The notes beneath the pieces were generated by a model. It did no database searches and had not been told where the DNA came from. It worked only from the letters and a program-made list of their open reading frames with translations. The translations under genes were made by a program, and so were the position numbers. Positions 28,247 to 36,741 of a stretch of 64,000 nt of DNA are shown here, one piece after another (positions within the stretch are counted from its first letter, which is position 1; every line of letters begins with the position of its first letter). Source of the stretch: Bacillota bacterium (GTDB lineage Bacteria > Bacillota > Limnochordia > Darwinibacteriales > Darwinibacteriaceae); the NCBI GenBank assembly GCA_012838305.1, contig DUPN01000003.1, forward strand, positions 29,335 through 93,334, given 5' to 3'.

Positions 28247-28935
28247 GGTCAGCACTAAGGCAATTCACCTTGGTGATGATGGCGCTGCTTCTTTTCAGTG
28301 GCGGGAGCCAGGCCGCTCTATCCGTTGCGCCGGTGATCATTGAAGCCGCCAAGGTGCAGGCAGGGCAGACCTTTGCGATTGTCTGCCGGAACCAGGGTGA
28401 GGAGGAGATCCACCTCCGGCTCTCCTTAGCCCTCTTTGACCAGGATGAGATGGGGAGCGTGGTTTTCCTTGAAGATGCCGAAGCCGTTCAAAAGGCTCGG
28501 GATGTGCTTCTTCTGGACCTAGAGGAGCTTTCCCTGGAACCAAAGGGCAAAGAGACCGTAGAGGTCAGGCTAAGAGGCGATGACTTTGACCACCTCTACG
28601 CTGTTCTCTTTATCCAATCGAACGAACCCGGGGTTCAGATTCGTTTTGCCGTGTTGTTCCTCCTGTCCACGGCGGGAAACCAGGCCGATGTATCGGTGGT
28701 AGCATCAAGACATCATCAGCAGGTCTTGCGTTTCACGGTGGAAAATGGCGGCCGCAGGCATGGCCCCTGGGAAGGGGAACTGCATCTCTTTGACAGTGCC
28801 GGCCAACTAGGGGAGAAGCTGCCCTTGACGAGCGGCTTAGTCCTAGCGGGTCGCAGCCGATCTGTGGAGGTGTCTTTGCCCGGCTGGGTTGAGCGGGTGG
28901 AAATTGTTTCGCCTCAGACCGGGCGGTCACCATGA
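28243..28935 (+). CDS. Periplasmic protein with two Ig-like repeats, PapD-like chaperone candidate
   Basis: The signal peptide ends ...FSGGSQA. The N-terminal region LSVAPVIIEAAKVQAGQTFAIVCRNQGEEEIHLRLSL resembles pilus-chaperone N-domains, and a second repeat is DVSVVASRHHQQVLRFTVENGG. Its start overlaps the upstream stop (ATGA). Confidence 0.35.
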   Translation: MRSALRQFTLVMMALLLFSGGSQAALSVAPVIIEAAKVQAGQTFAIVCRNQGEEEIHLRLSLALFDQDEMGSVVFLEDAEAVQKARDVLLLDLEELSLEPKGKETVEVRLRGDDFDHLYAVLFIQSNEPGVQIRFAVLFLLSTAGNQADVSVVASRHHQQVLRFTVENGGRRHGPWEGELHLFDSAGQLGEKLPLTSGLVLAGRSRSVEVSLPGWVERVEIVSPQTGRSP

Positions 28936-31001
28936 GGACTTCAATCCTGGCTGTTGTGTTTTTCTTGCTCTTTTCCCAGCCATGTGCAGCGGACGAGCCC
29001 ATGATTAGGCATGTGGCTCATCGAACAGCTGTGGAGAGTGTGGAACGGCAGAACGTCGATTTGTGGATTGATGCCCAAGGTCCTTGGTCCTTGAAGGCCC
29101 TGACCCCTCTTGGTATGGCCTTCCTGACTCAAGACGAGGAGATCACCAATGAGGGCGTGCTTACGAGCGGTATGGCATCGGTTGAGACTGCTTTGGAACT
29201 GCAGACACACTTTAATCTAGGTCTGCTTGGTGAGGGTGTCCACACCCTTCCCATGCAGGTAATCTTGGAGGGAGCCCAAGGTGTCTTGGGTCTCTCCATT
29301 TCCGCAGATTACTGGATTATGCCCTTGAACAGTGATCAGACCTGGGTGGAAAGGGAGGGAGTTCAGCCCCTGCTGCTTGCATCGGGGCAGTGGTTTTTAT
29401 TGCAGGAAGGAGACCTACTTTACCATGGTGAGCAGGGGATCTGCTTGCCTTCATCGGTTTTCAATGTGATGGAACTCCCAGATTACCAAGAACCCACTGC
29501 GATCTGGTGGGAGTCGCCTCCCCACCTGGAGGCTGGGGATCGGGCGATGGTCAACTTGTGCCTGAGGGGACCGAGTTCTGCTAGTGAACTGATCCTTGTG
29601 TCCGACCCACATCTGCAGATCGACAGCCCTTGGCTTTTAAACGGCCAAGAGCTAAGGGGGCAGCCGGGGGCGAACGGACGCTACCTTGTCCAGTTGCCGT
29701 CCCTGGGATCAGGTAGTCACGAACTGCAAGGTACTGTGCTGGCTTTCTTGCCGCCCGATCGGGATCCAGTGATAATCCGAGCGTGCTGGCGGGGGGTAGA
29801 GGCTGTATTACCAATTGTGATTGGGCGCAGCTGGTTTGACTATGATGGTATGCAGCGCATTCAGGTAGACACGGATGCCGCTTTGCTGCTCCCCAGCGGG
29901 CGCGTGCGCAGCGGCAGCGGCGGCCATGTGCTTGTGGAAGACGAAGGGTTGAACGTGGTCCTTCCTTTGGCTAATCCCACCGCGCCTTTTTGGGTGGGGA
30001 CTAAAGTTGCAGAGAGCGTACTATGGTCTTCCAAAGGAATCGGCGCTGATGGGGAGGGTTTTGTTCTGCCCATCTTCTTGTGGGATCAAGGACTCTCTTG
30101 GCGTCTTGTGGCCAAGGCAGGGCAGGTCCTCTTGGATGCCACAGGGCAGAGGCAGCTCTTCAGGGGGCAGTTCGGGTCCGCCTCACTTGAGATCGGGCCG
30201 AAGGGCATGGTGTTTGCAAGCGCTTCTCCATCGCCCGAGCAGAAGGACGGTTGGCGCTGGCTGGAGACGATGGAGCTCCACAAAGGGACCTATCATCAGG
30301 GGCCTTGGCTGTGGAGTCTGGAGATACCTCGTGACGCCAGTCATCTTCCTTCTTTGGGTGTCCAGTACCGTGGCGAGAGGGTGGGCTTTCGTCTGACACC
30401 CGGTGATGTGCAGCTCAGGTTGTCCTACGAGAATTGGGCTTGGGGAGCCAGGGCCAGCACACGCACCTTGTGGCTCGAAACGATCCAGCCCCATTTGCGA
30501 GGGGAGCTGAACCCCCAAGGCCTATCCTTTCAGTACAGAGCCGGTGAAAACAAGGGAGTGAAACTCGACTGGAAAGTAGAGAATACACTTGAGTTTAGGC
30601 TGGAGTGGGCACCGTGGGAAGCCTATCTGAGGACGGGATTCGCTGCTGATTCGGAGGCTGGTCTCCGCTATAAGCAGGCTTTCTCTAGGGGCCGTTGGCT
30701 GTCGTTGATCAAGGCCGCAATCCAGACGAAAAACGAACTGTTGCTGATGGAAACCGGAGGGCATTTAGGCTACGTGCTGGCTCCTTGCTGCACCTTGTAC
30801 GTTGGAGGAACCTGCAGTGCGACCATGCGTAGGGGGCCCGACCGTCCGCTCATGGATCTTCGTTATGAGGCAGGCTTGCTCTTTCATCCCCTTCCTCAGC
30901 TGCTAGCTTCGCTAAGTTGGAGCACGGACAAGGGATGGCAGGTCAAAGGAGGCATCGCCATACCCATTATGAGCAGGAGAACAGACGGGGATTCAGAATA
31001 G
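28932..31001 (+). CDS. Large secreted beta-rich protein, candidate outer-membrane usher/pore (689 aa)
   Basis: It has a signal peptide (LAVVFFLLFSQPCAADEP) and its start overlaps the upstream stop (ATGA). The C-terminal 250 aa have W/Y-rich alternating strands typical of a beta-barrel. Confidence 0.35.
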   Translation: MRTSILAVVFFLLFSQPCAADEPMIRHVAHRTAVESVERQNVDLWIDAQGPWSLKALTPLGMAFLTQDEEITNEGVLTSGMASVETALELQTHFNLGLLGEGVHTLPMQVILEGAQGVLGLSISADYWIMPLNSDQTWVEREGVQPLLLASGQWFLLQEGDLLYHGEQGICLPSSVFNVMELPDYQEPTAIWWESPPHLEAGDRAMVNLCLRGPSSASELILVSDPHLQIDSPWLLNGQELRGQPGANGRYLVQLPSLGSGSHELQGTVLAFLPPDRDPVIIRACWRGVEAVLPIVIGRSWFDYDGMQRIQVDTDAALLLPSGRVRSGSGGHVLVEDEGLNVVLPLANPTAPFWVGTKVAESVLWSSKGIGADGEGFVLPIFLWDQGLSWRLVAKAGQVLLDATGQRQLFRGQFGSASLEIGPKGMVFASASPSPEQKDGWRWLETMELHKGTYHQGPWLWSLEIPRDASHLPSLGVQYRGERVGFRLTPGDVQLRLSYENWAWGARASTRTLWLETIQPHLRGELNPQGLSFQYRAGENKGVKLDWKVENTLEFRLEWAPWEAYLRTGFAADSEAGLRYKQAFSRGRWLSLIKAAIQTKNELLLMETGGHLGYVLAPCCTLYVGGTCSATMRRGPDRPLMDLRYEAGLLFHPLPQLLASLSWSTDKGWQVKGGIAIPIMSRRTDGDSE

Positions 31002-31037
31002 GAGTAGTGCCAGACTTGCCAAAAGGAGTGGTGGTAA

Positions 31038-32768
31038 ATGCTACGGGAAGCAGTGTTTCATGTGGCCCACGGAAGTTATGCCTACCCAGTTGCAGACGAC
31101 ACGCTACGGCTGACACTTCGAACGGCCAGGGGAGACATGCAGAAGGTAACCGTTCTTTATGAAGACCGCTATCAAGGTTCTGAGCCCCGTACGGCCGTTA
31201 TGGAAGTAGCCGCGGAAGACGAGATGTTTTCTTTTTACCAAGCAGATATCAGGCTGGAGACAAAGCGCTTCAGGTATGTCTTTTTGCTCGACGACGGAGT
31301 ACATGAGGCTTTTTACACAGAAAAGGGCTTTTTCGATGATGTAGTGCCTCATACCCAGTTTCACTACCCTTATATCGCCGTGCGGGATTTGTGGGCACCT
31401 CCCAAGTGGGCCCAGGGCGCTGTTGTCTATCAGATTTTCCCTGAACGATTTGCCAATGGTGATCCCCAAAACGATCCTGCCAATGTGGAAGATTGGGATG
31501 CGATTCCTACGGTGACAAGCCAAAAGGGTGGGGATCTGCAAGGCATAATGGACCGGTTTGATCATCTTGTGGACTTAGGGGTTGACGTGATTTACCTTAC
31601 TCCCATCTTTGAAGCTCCGAGCAATCACAAGTACGATACGGTAGACTACTACAGCATCGATCCCCACTTCGGTGACGAAGCAACCGTGCGCGAACTGATT
31701 GAAATTGCCCATGCACATGGGATCAAAATCGTCTTCGATGCCGTCTTTAACCACAGCGGTTATGGCTTCTTCGCCTTTCAGGATGTGCTGGATAAGGGGG
31801 AGGAATCGCCCTATGCCCACTGGTTCAACATCGATAGTTTTCCCGTTGAAACGGATCCTCCCAATTACGAGACCTTTGCCAATCAGATTGCCACCATGCC
31901 CAAACTCATGACCGGCCAGGAGGATGTAAGAGAGTACTTTCTCGATGTAGGGACCTACTGGGTGCGGGAGTTTGGTATTGACGGCTGGCGCCTGGACGTG
32001 GCCAATGAAATTGATCATCAGTTCTGGCGGGAGTTTCGTCAGGCTGTCAAGGGCGAGAATCCTGAAACCTTAATCGTGGGAGAACTGTGGCACGAAGCCA
32101 GTGAATGGGTGCGGGGGGATCAGTTCGACTCTGTGATGAACTATTCTCTGCAGTATGCCTGCTTCGATTTTTTCGCCCAGGGAACGATTCGAGCTCGCTC
32201 CTTTGCCAATCGTCTGGCCAAGGTCCAGATGAATTACACCCAGAGCGTGAATCTGGCCATGTTCAATCTCTTGGGAAGCCATGATACCGAACGGTTCTTA
32301 ACGAGCTGCGGCGGGGACGCCGACAAGTTCGCTCTTGCCGTTGCCTTCCAACTAACCTATGAGGGTGCTCCCATGATCTATTATGGAGATGAAGTGGGGA
32401 TGGTGGGAAGAAACGACCCTGACTGCAGGCGAGGAATGATCTGGGATCCTAAAGAGCAGGACCTAGAACTCTTAGGGTGGTACAAGAGTCTCATTGCTCT
32501 GCGCAGAGAACACCCTGTATTGCGCTTTGGCCAGTGCCGCACCGTGTGGGCGGACAGTGCCTCCAACATCTTCGGTTTTGTACGCTTTGATCAAGAACGC
32601 CAGGTCTTGGTGCTCCTCAACAACCAAGGGAAGACCCAGAGGATAGACTTGACGAAGGTGGTATGGCCGGTGGCCGTACCCAAGCAGGTGCAGGATTTGC
32701 TCACCAAAGAGACGTTTGCCTTAGGGGAAATTGTGATCAAACCCTATGGAAGCAGAATCCTAGGATAG
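31038..32768 (+). CDS. GH13 alpha-amylase family enzyme (neopullulanase/cyclomaltodextrinase/maltogenic amylase type) with an N-terminal domain
   Basis: GH13 regions I-IV are present: DVIYLTPIFEAPSNHKYDTVDYYSIDPHFG, GIDGWRLDVANEID, IVGELWH, and FNLLGSHDTERF. The product is 576 aa and has no signal peptide. The RBS is AAAGGAG. Confidence 0.85.
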   Translation: MLREAVFHVAHGSYAYPVADDTLRLTLRTARGDMQKVTVLYEDRYQGSEPRTAVMEVAAEDEMFSFYQADIRLETKRFRYVFLLDDGVHEAFYTEKGFFDDVVPHTQFHYPYIAVRDLWAPPKWAQGAVVYQIFPERFANGDPQNDPANVEDWDAIPTVTSQKGGDLQGIMDRFDHLVDLGVDVIYLTPIFEAPSNHKYDTVDYYSIDPHFGDEATVRELIEIAHAHGIKIVFDAVFNHSGYGFFAFQDVLDKGEESPYAHWFNIDSFPVETDPPNYETFANQIATMPKLMTGQEDVREYFLDVGTYWVREFGIDGWRLDVANEIDHQFWREFRQAVKGENPETLIVGELWHEASEWVRGDQFDSVMNYSLQYACFDFFAQGTIRARSFANRLAKVQMNYTQSVNLAMFNLLGSHDTERFLTSCGGDADKFALAVAFQLTYEGAPMIYYGDEVGMVGRNDPDCRRGMIWDPKEQDLELLGWYKSLIALRREHPVLRFGQCRTVWADSASNIFGFVRFDQERQVLVLLNNQGKTQRIDLTKVVWPVAVPKQVQDLLTKETFALGEIVIKPYGSRILG

Positions 32769-32775
32769 AAAAAAA

Positions 32776-32794
32776 GGGGCGGAATGCCCCTTTT
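32776..32794. terminator. Bidirectional Rho-independent terminator between GH13 and metQ
   Basis: AAAAAA-GGGGC-GGAAT-GCCCC-TTTT sits between the convergent genes. Confidence 0.6.
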
Positions 32795-32805
32795 GTGATC
32801 AAAGC

Positions 32806-33591
32806 CTAGAATACCGGGACAACTGCTCCCCCATAGGTTTCCAGAATAAAGCTGCGCACTTTGTCGCTCTGTAAGGCTTCCGCCAGTTTAAGCAAGGCCG
32901 CATTGGCCTCATCTCCGGCTCGAACAGCGATAATGTTGACATAGGGCGACTCGGCACCTTCCAGGAAAATGGCATCTTTGGCGGGGTTTAAATTGGCCTG
33001 CAAGGCATAGTTACCATTGATCACGGCTGCATCCACGTCGGGAAGACTGCGGCTCAGCTGAGCGGCCTCCAGTTCCACGAAGCGGATGCGCCGCGGATTC
33101 GAAGTGAGGTCAAAGATCGTTGGGGTGATACCCGCTTTGGAGTCCAACTCAACGAGGCCGGCCGTCGCAAGCAGTAGCAGTGCCCGGCCTCCGTTGGTGG
33201 CGTCGTTGGGGATGGCCAAGGTGGCACCGTCGGGCAATTCATCCAGAGAACCGAATTTCACCGAGAACACGCCGAGAGGTTCCACATGGACGCCGACCAA
33301 AGCAATGAGATCTGTGCCCGCATCTAGGTTAAAGGATTCCAGATAGGGCACATGTTGGAAAAAGTTGGCGTCCAACTCGCCTTCCTGTAAGGCTAGATTT
33401 GGCCGGACATAGTCGGTGAACTCCACAATGTCCAAAGCAATACCTTCCTGTTCCAAGAGGGGGACAAGCATCTCCAGGATCTCTGCATGGGGGACCGGTG
33501 TGGCACCCACTTTGAGAGTCTCTCCTTGACAGGCTCCTACACCAGACAGCACAACAAACAGCACACTCGCAATGATTAGGGTCCTCTTCAT
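32806..33591 (-). CDS. metQ: Methionine ABC transporter substrate-binding lipoprotein MetQ (NlpA family)
   Basis: It carries a lipobox (LSGVGAC) and NlpA-family features (KVGATPVPHAEILE, GTDLIALVGVHVEP). Confidence 0.85.
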   Translation of the reverse strand: MKRTLIIASVLFVVLSGVGACQGETLKVGATPVPHAEILEMLVPLLEQEGIALDIVEFTDYVRPNLALQEGELDANFFQHVPYLESFNLDAGTDLIALVGVHVEPLGVFSVKFGSLDELPDGATLAIPNDATNGGRALLLLATAGLVELDSKAGITPTIFDLTSNPRRIRFVELEAAQLSRSLPDVDAAVINGNYALQANLNPAKDAIFLEGAESPYVNIIAVRAGDEANAALLKLAEALQSDKVRSFILETYGGAVVPVF

Positions 33592-33603
33592 TTTTCCTTC
33601 CTC

Positions 33604-34263
33604 CTATTGTCGATGATAGAGTCTTTGGGCGATTTTATCGCCCAGCATTTGGATTCCTTGCACCAAAAGCACCAAAATGACAACGGTTTGCAGCATGATA
33701 TCGCCACGAAAACGTTGGTAGCCATAACGGATGGCCAGATCTCCGAGGCCGCCTCCGCCAATGGCCCCAGCCATGGCCGAATAACCAACAAGGTTGACGG
33801 CGGTAAGGGTTACAGCCAAAATGAGTGCAGGTAAGGCTTCCGGGATCATCACCTTAAAGATTATCACTGGGGGTGAAGCCCCCATGCTTTCCGCAGCCTC
33901 AATTACACCCGGGTCAATTTCTTTGAATGCCCCGTCGATCAGTCGGGCCACAAAGGGGATAGCAGCCACTGTCAAGGGTACTACGGCTGCCGTGGTACCG
34001 ATGGAGCTGCCCACAAGGAGACGGGTAAAGGGAATGATCGCCACCATTAGAATGATAAAGGGGACGGAGCGGCCGATGTTGACGATGCCCCCTAAGGCGC
34101 GGTGTACGAGGGGTTGCTCTAGGATGTGCTTGGGCGCCGTTGTGGCCAGCAAAATTCCTAGCGGCAAGCCCAGGACAGTGGCCAGGGCTGTGCCTAGGCC
34201 CACCATGGTCAAGGTGTCTAGAGTGGCAGTCCAGAGCATAGAGAGCATGACTGGATTGATCAT
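33604..34263 (-). CDS. metI: Methionine ABC transporter permease MetI
   Basis: It has five TMs and the EAA loop EAAESMGASPPVIIFKVMIPEALPALILAV. Confidence 0.85.
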   Translation of the reverse strand: MINPVMLSMLWTATLDTLTMVGLGTALATVLGLPLGILLATTAPKHILEQPLVHRALGGIVNIGRSVPFIILMVAIIPFTRLLVGSSIGTTAAVVPLTVAAIPFVARLIDGAFKEIDPGVIEAAESMGASPPVIIFKVMIPEALPALILAVTLTAVNLVGYSAMAGAIGGGGLGDLAIRYGYQRFRGDIMLQTVVILVLLVQGIQMLGDKIAQRLYHRQ

Positions 34264-35267
34264 GGGCTAAGCACCTCCACTTCCACTTGGTTTTTCTGCA
34301 GGAACTGCACGGCCTCGGTTACCTGCTCCCTTGTCCCATCAAGCTCCACCAGCAGCATGCCGAAGGGTGTTGTCTTCATCTGGTCGATGCGGCCGTAGAG
34401 GATGTTCACATCCAGATCATGGGTCCGAATCATCTGGGAGATAATGGGCTGATGAGCCCGTTGATCGATAAAGGTCAGGCGCACGAGGGTGTTGGCCGAT
34501 CCCTTGCTTCTGAGTTCTGCGGGGAGTTTGCTGCCGTGCAATCCCTGCAGCATGTTTGCAGTCGCTTGAGACTGAGGACGGGTAAAGACGTCAATCACCC
34601 GGCCTGTTTCACGCAGCACGCCGTCCTCGAGGACCGCTACATGATCGCAGATCTGTTGAATCACCGCCATTTCATGGGTGATTAAGACGATGGTAAGACC
34701 GAGATTCTCGTTGATGGTCCGCAGCAGACTGAGCACCGATCTTGTGGTCTCAGGATCCAGAGCCGAAGTGGCTTCGTCGCAGAGCAAAAGCTTCGGTTCG
34801 GTGGCCAAAGCCCGAGCGATGCCAACCCTCTGTTTTTGTCCTCCGCTCAGCTGCCTGGGATAGGTCTGCAGTTTATCGGTTAGCCCCACCAGCTCCGCCA
34901 GCTGGCCCACTCTGCTTCGCACCTTGTCCTTGGAGACCCCTGCCAGCTCCAGGGGAAAGGCGATGTTCTGGAATACGGTGCGGGAGCTTAAGAGGTTGAA
35001 ATGTTGAAAGATCATTCCCGTCTCTTTGCGGGCCTGCCGCAGCTCTTTAGGGCTGAGGCGATTCATGAGAATCCCATCCACCCAGACTTCGCCGGAGTCG
35101 GGGCGTTCTAACATGTTGATGCAGCGGATCAGGGTTGACTTACCTGCGCCGCTTTGCCCAATTACCCCGAAAATCCCTCCCGCCGGAATTTTGAGGCTAA
35201 CCCCTTTGAGGGCGTGAACGGTGTTTTTTCCTGTGAAGGTCTTTGTCACGTCCTTGAACTCAATCAC
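34260..35267 (-). CDS. metN: Methionine ABC transporter ATP-binding protein MetN
   Basis: Walker A is GQSGAGKSTL and the signature is LSGGQKQRVGIARAL, with a C-terminal NIL/ACT-like domain. The probable start is the GTG of MIEFKDV after AAGGAGAG; the listed ORF is longer and runs into the riboswitch. Confidence 0.85.
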   Translation of the reverse strand: MIEFKDVTKTFTGKNTVHALKGVSLKIPAGGIFGVIGQSGAGKSTLIRCINMLERPDSGEVWVDGILMNRLSPKELRQARKETGMIFQHFNLLSSRTVFQNIAFPLELAGVSKDKVRSRVGQLAELVGLTDKLQTYPRQLSGGQKQRVGIARALATEPKLLLCDEATSALDPETTRSVLSLLRTINENLGLTIVLITHEMAVIQQICDHVAVLEDGVLRETGRVIDVFTRPQSQATANMLQGLHGSKLPAELRSKGSANTLVRLTFIDQRAHQPIISQMIRTHDLDVNILYGRIDQMKTTPFGMLLVELDGTREQVTEAVQFLQKNQVEVEVLSP

Positions 35268-35284
35268 ATGGGTCTCTCCTTTAC

Positions 35285-35316
35285 ACAAAAAACCTCTTCC
35301 TGAAAGAAGAGGTTTC
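35285..35316 (-). terminator. Expression-platform terminator of the metNIQ SAM riboswitch
   Basis: On the minus strand it reads GAAACCTCTTC-TTTCAG-GAAGAGGTTTTTTGTG, directly upstream of the metN RBS. Confidence 0.6.
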
Positions 35317-35339
35317 TCGATACCTGAATAGAAAACGCC

Positions 35340-35460
35340 TCTCCTCTCATCTCTCTGAACACCTGGTTCAGCTGGAATTGGCACCTTGTGCAAGAAATGA
35401 CTTGCACTGGTTGCCGGGCTTCATAGGGCCAGTCCCTCCGCCTCTCTGGATAAGAGCAGT
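35340..35460 (-). promoter_or_regulatory. SAM-I (S-box) riboswitch aptamer upstream of metNIQ
   Basis: The minus strand reads CTCTTATCCAGAGAGGCGGAGGGACTGGCCCTATGAAGCCCGGCAACC...GGTGCCAATTCCAGC...GATGAGAG. Confidence 0.8.
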
Positions 35461-35532
35461 AAATAAGTATTCGTGTAATTAGGTTAAGTATAAGCGTGCG
35501 TTGGGCCTCTGTCAACAGATAATTTGCAGTAA

Positions 35533-36228
35533 CTAGTCCAGACTGCTGGTGAGTTGGCCGAGAAACTCCAGGTCATTGATTAACAGCCGGAAACGGCACC
35601 CCAAAAGAGTGGAGGCCTCTTTGCACATCTCCATGCGCGTCAGGTAGATCTCAAAGAAGTCCATGATCTGGCAGATCTCTTGGTCAAACGAAATCTCCAG
35701 GGTGATGGTTTTTCGCTCTTGATCCACATAGAGCTGGCTGTCGGTGATCGCCAAATTGACCCGATCATGAATGCCTGGGCGACGATGGTTTTCCCTGCGG
35801 TTGGCCCTGGTGCGGTGGGCATCGCTCTTATCGGCCAGAATCAGGGCCGATGCCACAGGACTCACGGCCTTGCCGATCTCTTCCTCGTGATTGCCAATGG
35901 CGGTGACAATGGTACAGATTTCCTCCAGATCCATGCCCAGACGCCGCAGCTCACCGTAGACGATGCTGGCGCCTGTGATGGAGTGGTGCATGCGGTTGAG
36001 GAGATTCCCCAGGTCGTGGAGATATCCGGCGATGGCCCCCAGTTCTACCGTGCGCTGGTCATATCCAAGCTCAGAGAGGACCTGTGCCGTTTTCCTTGAA
36101 ACATAGGCCACGTGACGGAGTCCATGATCCGTATAGCCACGCATCTTAAGATAGGTACTGGAATTATCAATCAGAGTGAGAAAGACGGGATCCTCCTCAA
36201 TATCCTGCAGCGTGATCAGCTTCGCCAT
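35533..36228 (-). CDS. HD-domain phosphohydrolase family protein
   Basis: HD-motif context is present (HGLRHVAYVS, IAGYLHDLGN, plus a downstream NHEEE). The probable start is MAKLITL after a GGAGGTG RBS; the longer listed ORF is unlikely. Confidence 0.6.
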   Translation of the reverse strand: MAKLITLQDIEEDPVFLTLIDNSSTYLKMRGYTDHGLRHVAYVSRKTAQVLSELGYDQRTVELGAIAGYLHDLGNLLNRMHHSITGASIVYGELRRLGMDLEEICTIVTAIGNHEEEIGKAVSPVASALILADKSDAHRTRANRRENHRRPGIHDRVNLAITDSQLYVDQERKTITLEISFDQEICQIMDFFEIYLTRMEMCKEASTLLGCRFRLLINDLEFLGQLTSSLD

Positions 36229-36418
36229 CACGTCCACCTCCGCCAAGTTTGTTCTCTTAGTTATATCATAGCCCAATCGTCTTGACAAATGACCGGTACT
36301 CAAATCCCAACCCTGGCTTCCCGTTTTCTGTTGTTGTCCCTTCCTTTTGTGGACATTGAGCAGGCAGGCGAATACAATAGACCACAACACAGGAGTAAAT
36401 TGGGTAGGAGGGCGGCAT

Positions 36419-36631
36419 ATGGACGAAAAGACCCTTTCTCTCCTTACCCCACGGGAGCGCGAGGTCCTAAAGCTGATAGCACAAGGTCTCTCCAATGGAG
36501 AGATTGCTGCGACCTTGTTTATAAGCCAGCACACTGTAAAAAATCATGTGAGCAATGTCTACCGTAAGCTGGGGGAACATGATCGCACAAGGGTTGCGCT
36601 ATTGGCTGCTGGGGAAGACATGGTGGAGTAA
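36419..36631 (+). CDS. Small LuxR/GerE-family HTH transcriptional regulator (DNA-binding domain only)
   Basis: The motif is LTPREREVLKLIAQGLSNGEIAATLFISQHTVKNHVSNVYRKLG, in a 70 aa product. The RBS is GTAGGAGGG. Confidence 0.7.
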   Translation: MDEKTLSLLTPREREVLKLIAQGLSNGEIAATLFISQHTVKNHVSNVYRKLGEHDRTRVALLAAGEDMVE

Positions 36632-36741
36632 AATGAAGGAGCGAAGGCGACATTTCTCGGGCGAGGTGTCGCTTTCTTGCTTGCAGGATTTCTAGACGGA
36701 TAGGGAGAAGAAAATAGGGCCCAGGGTCTGAGGAGGGCCTT

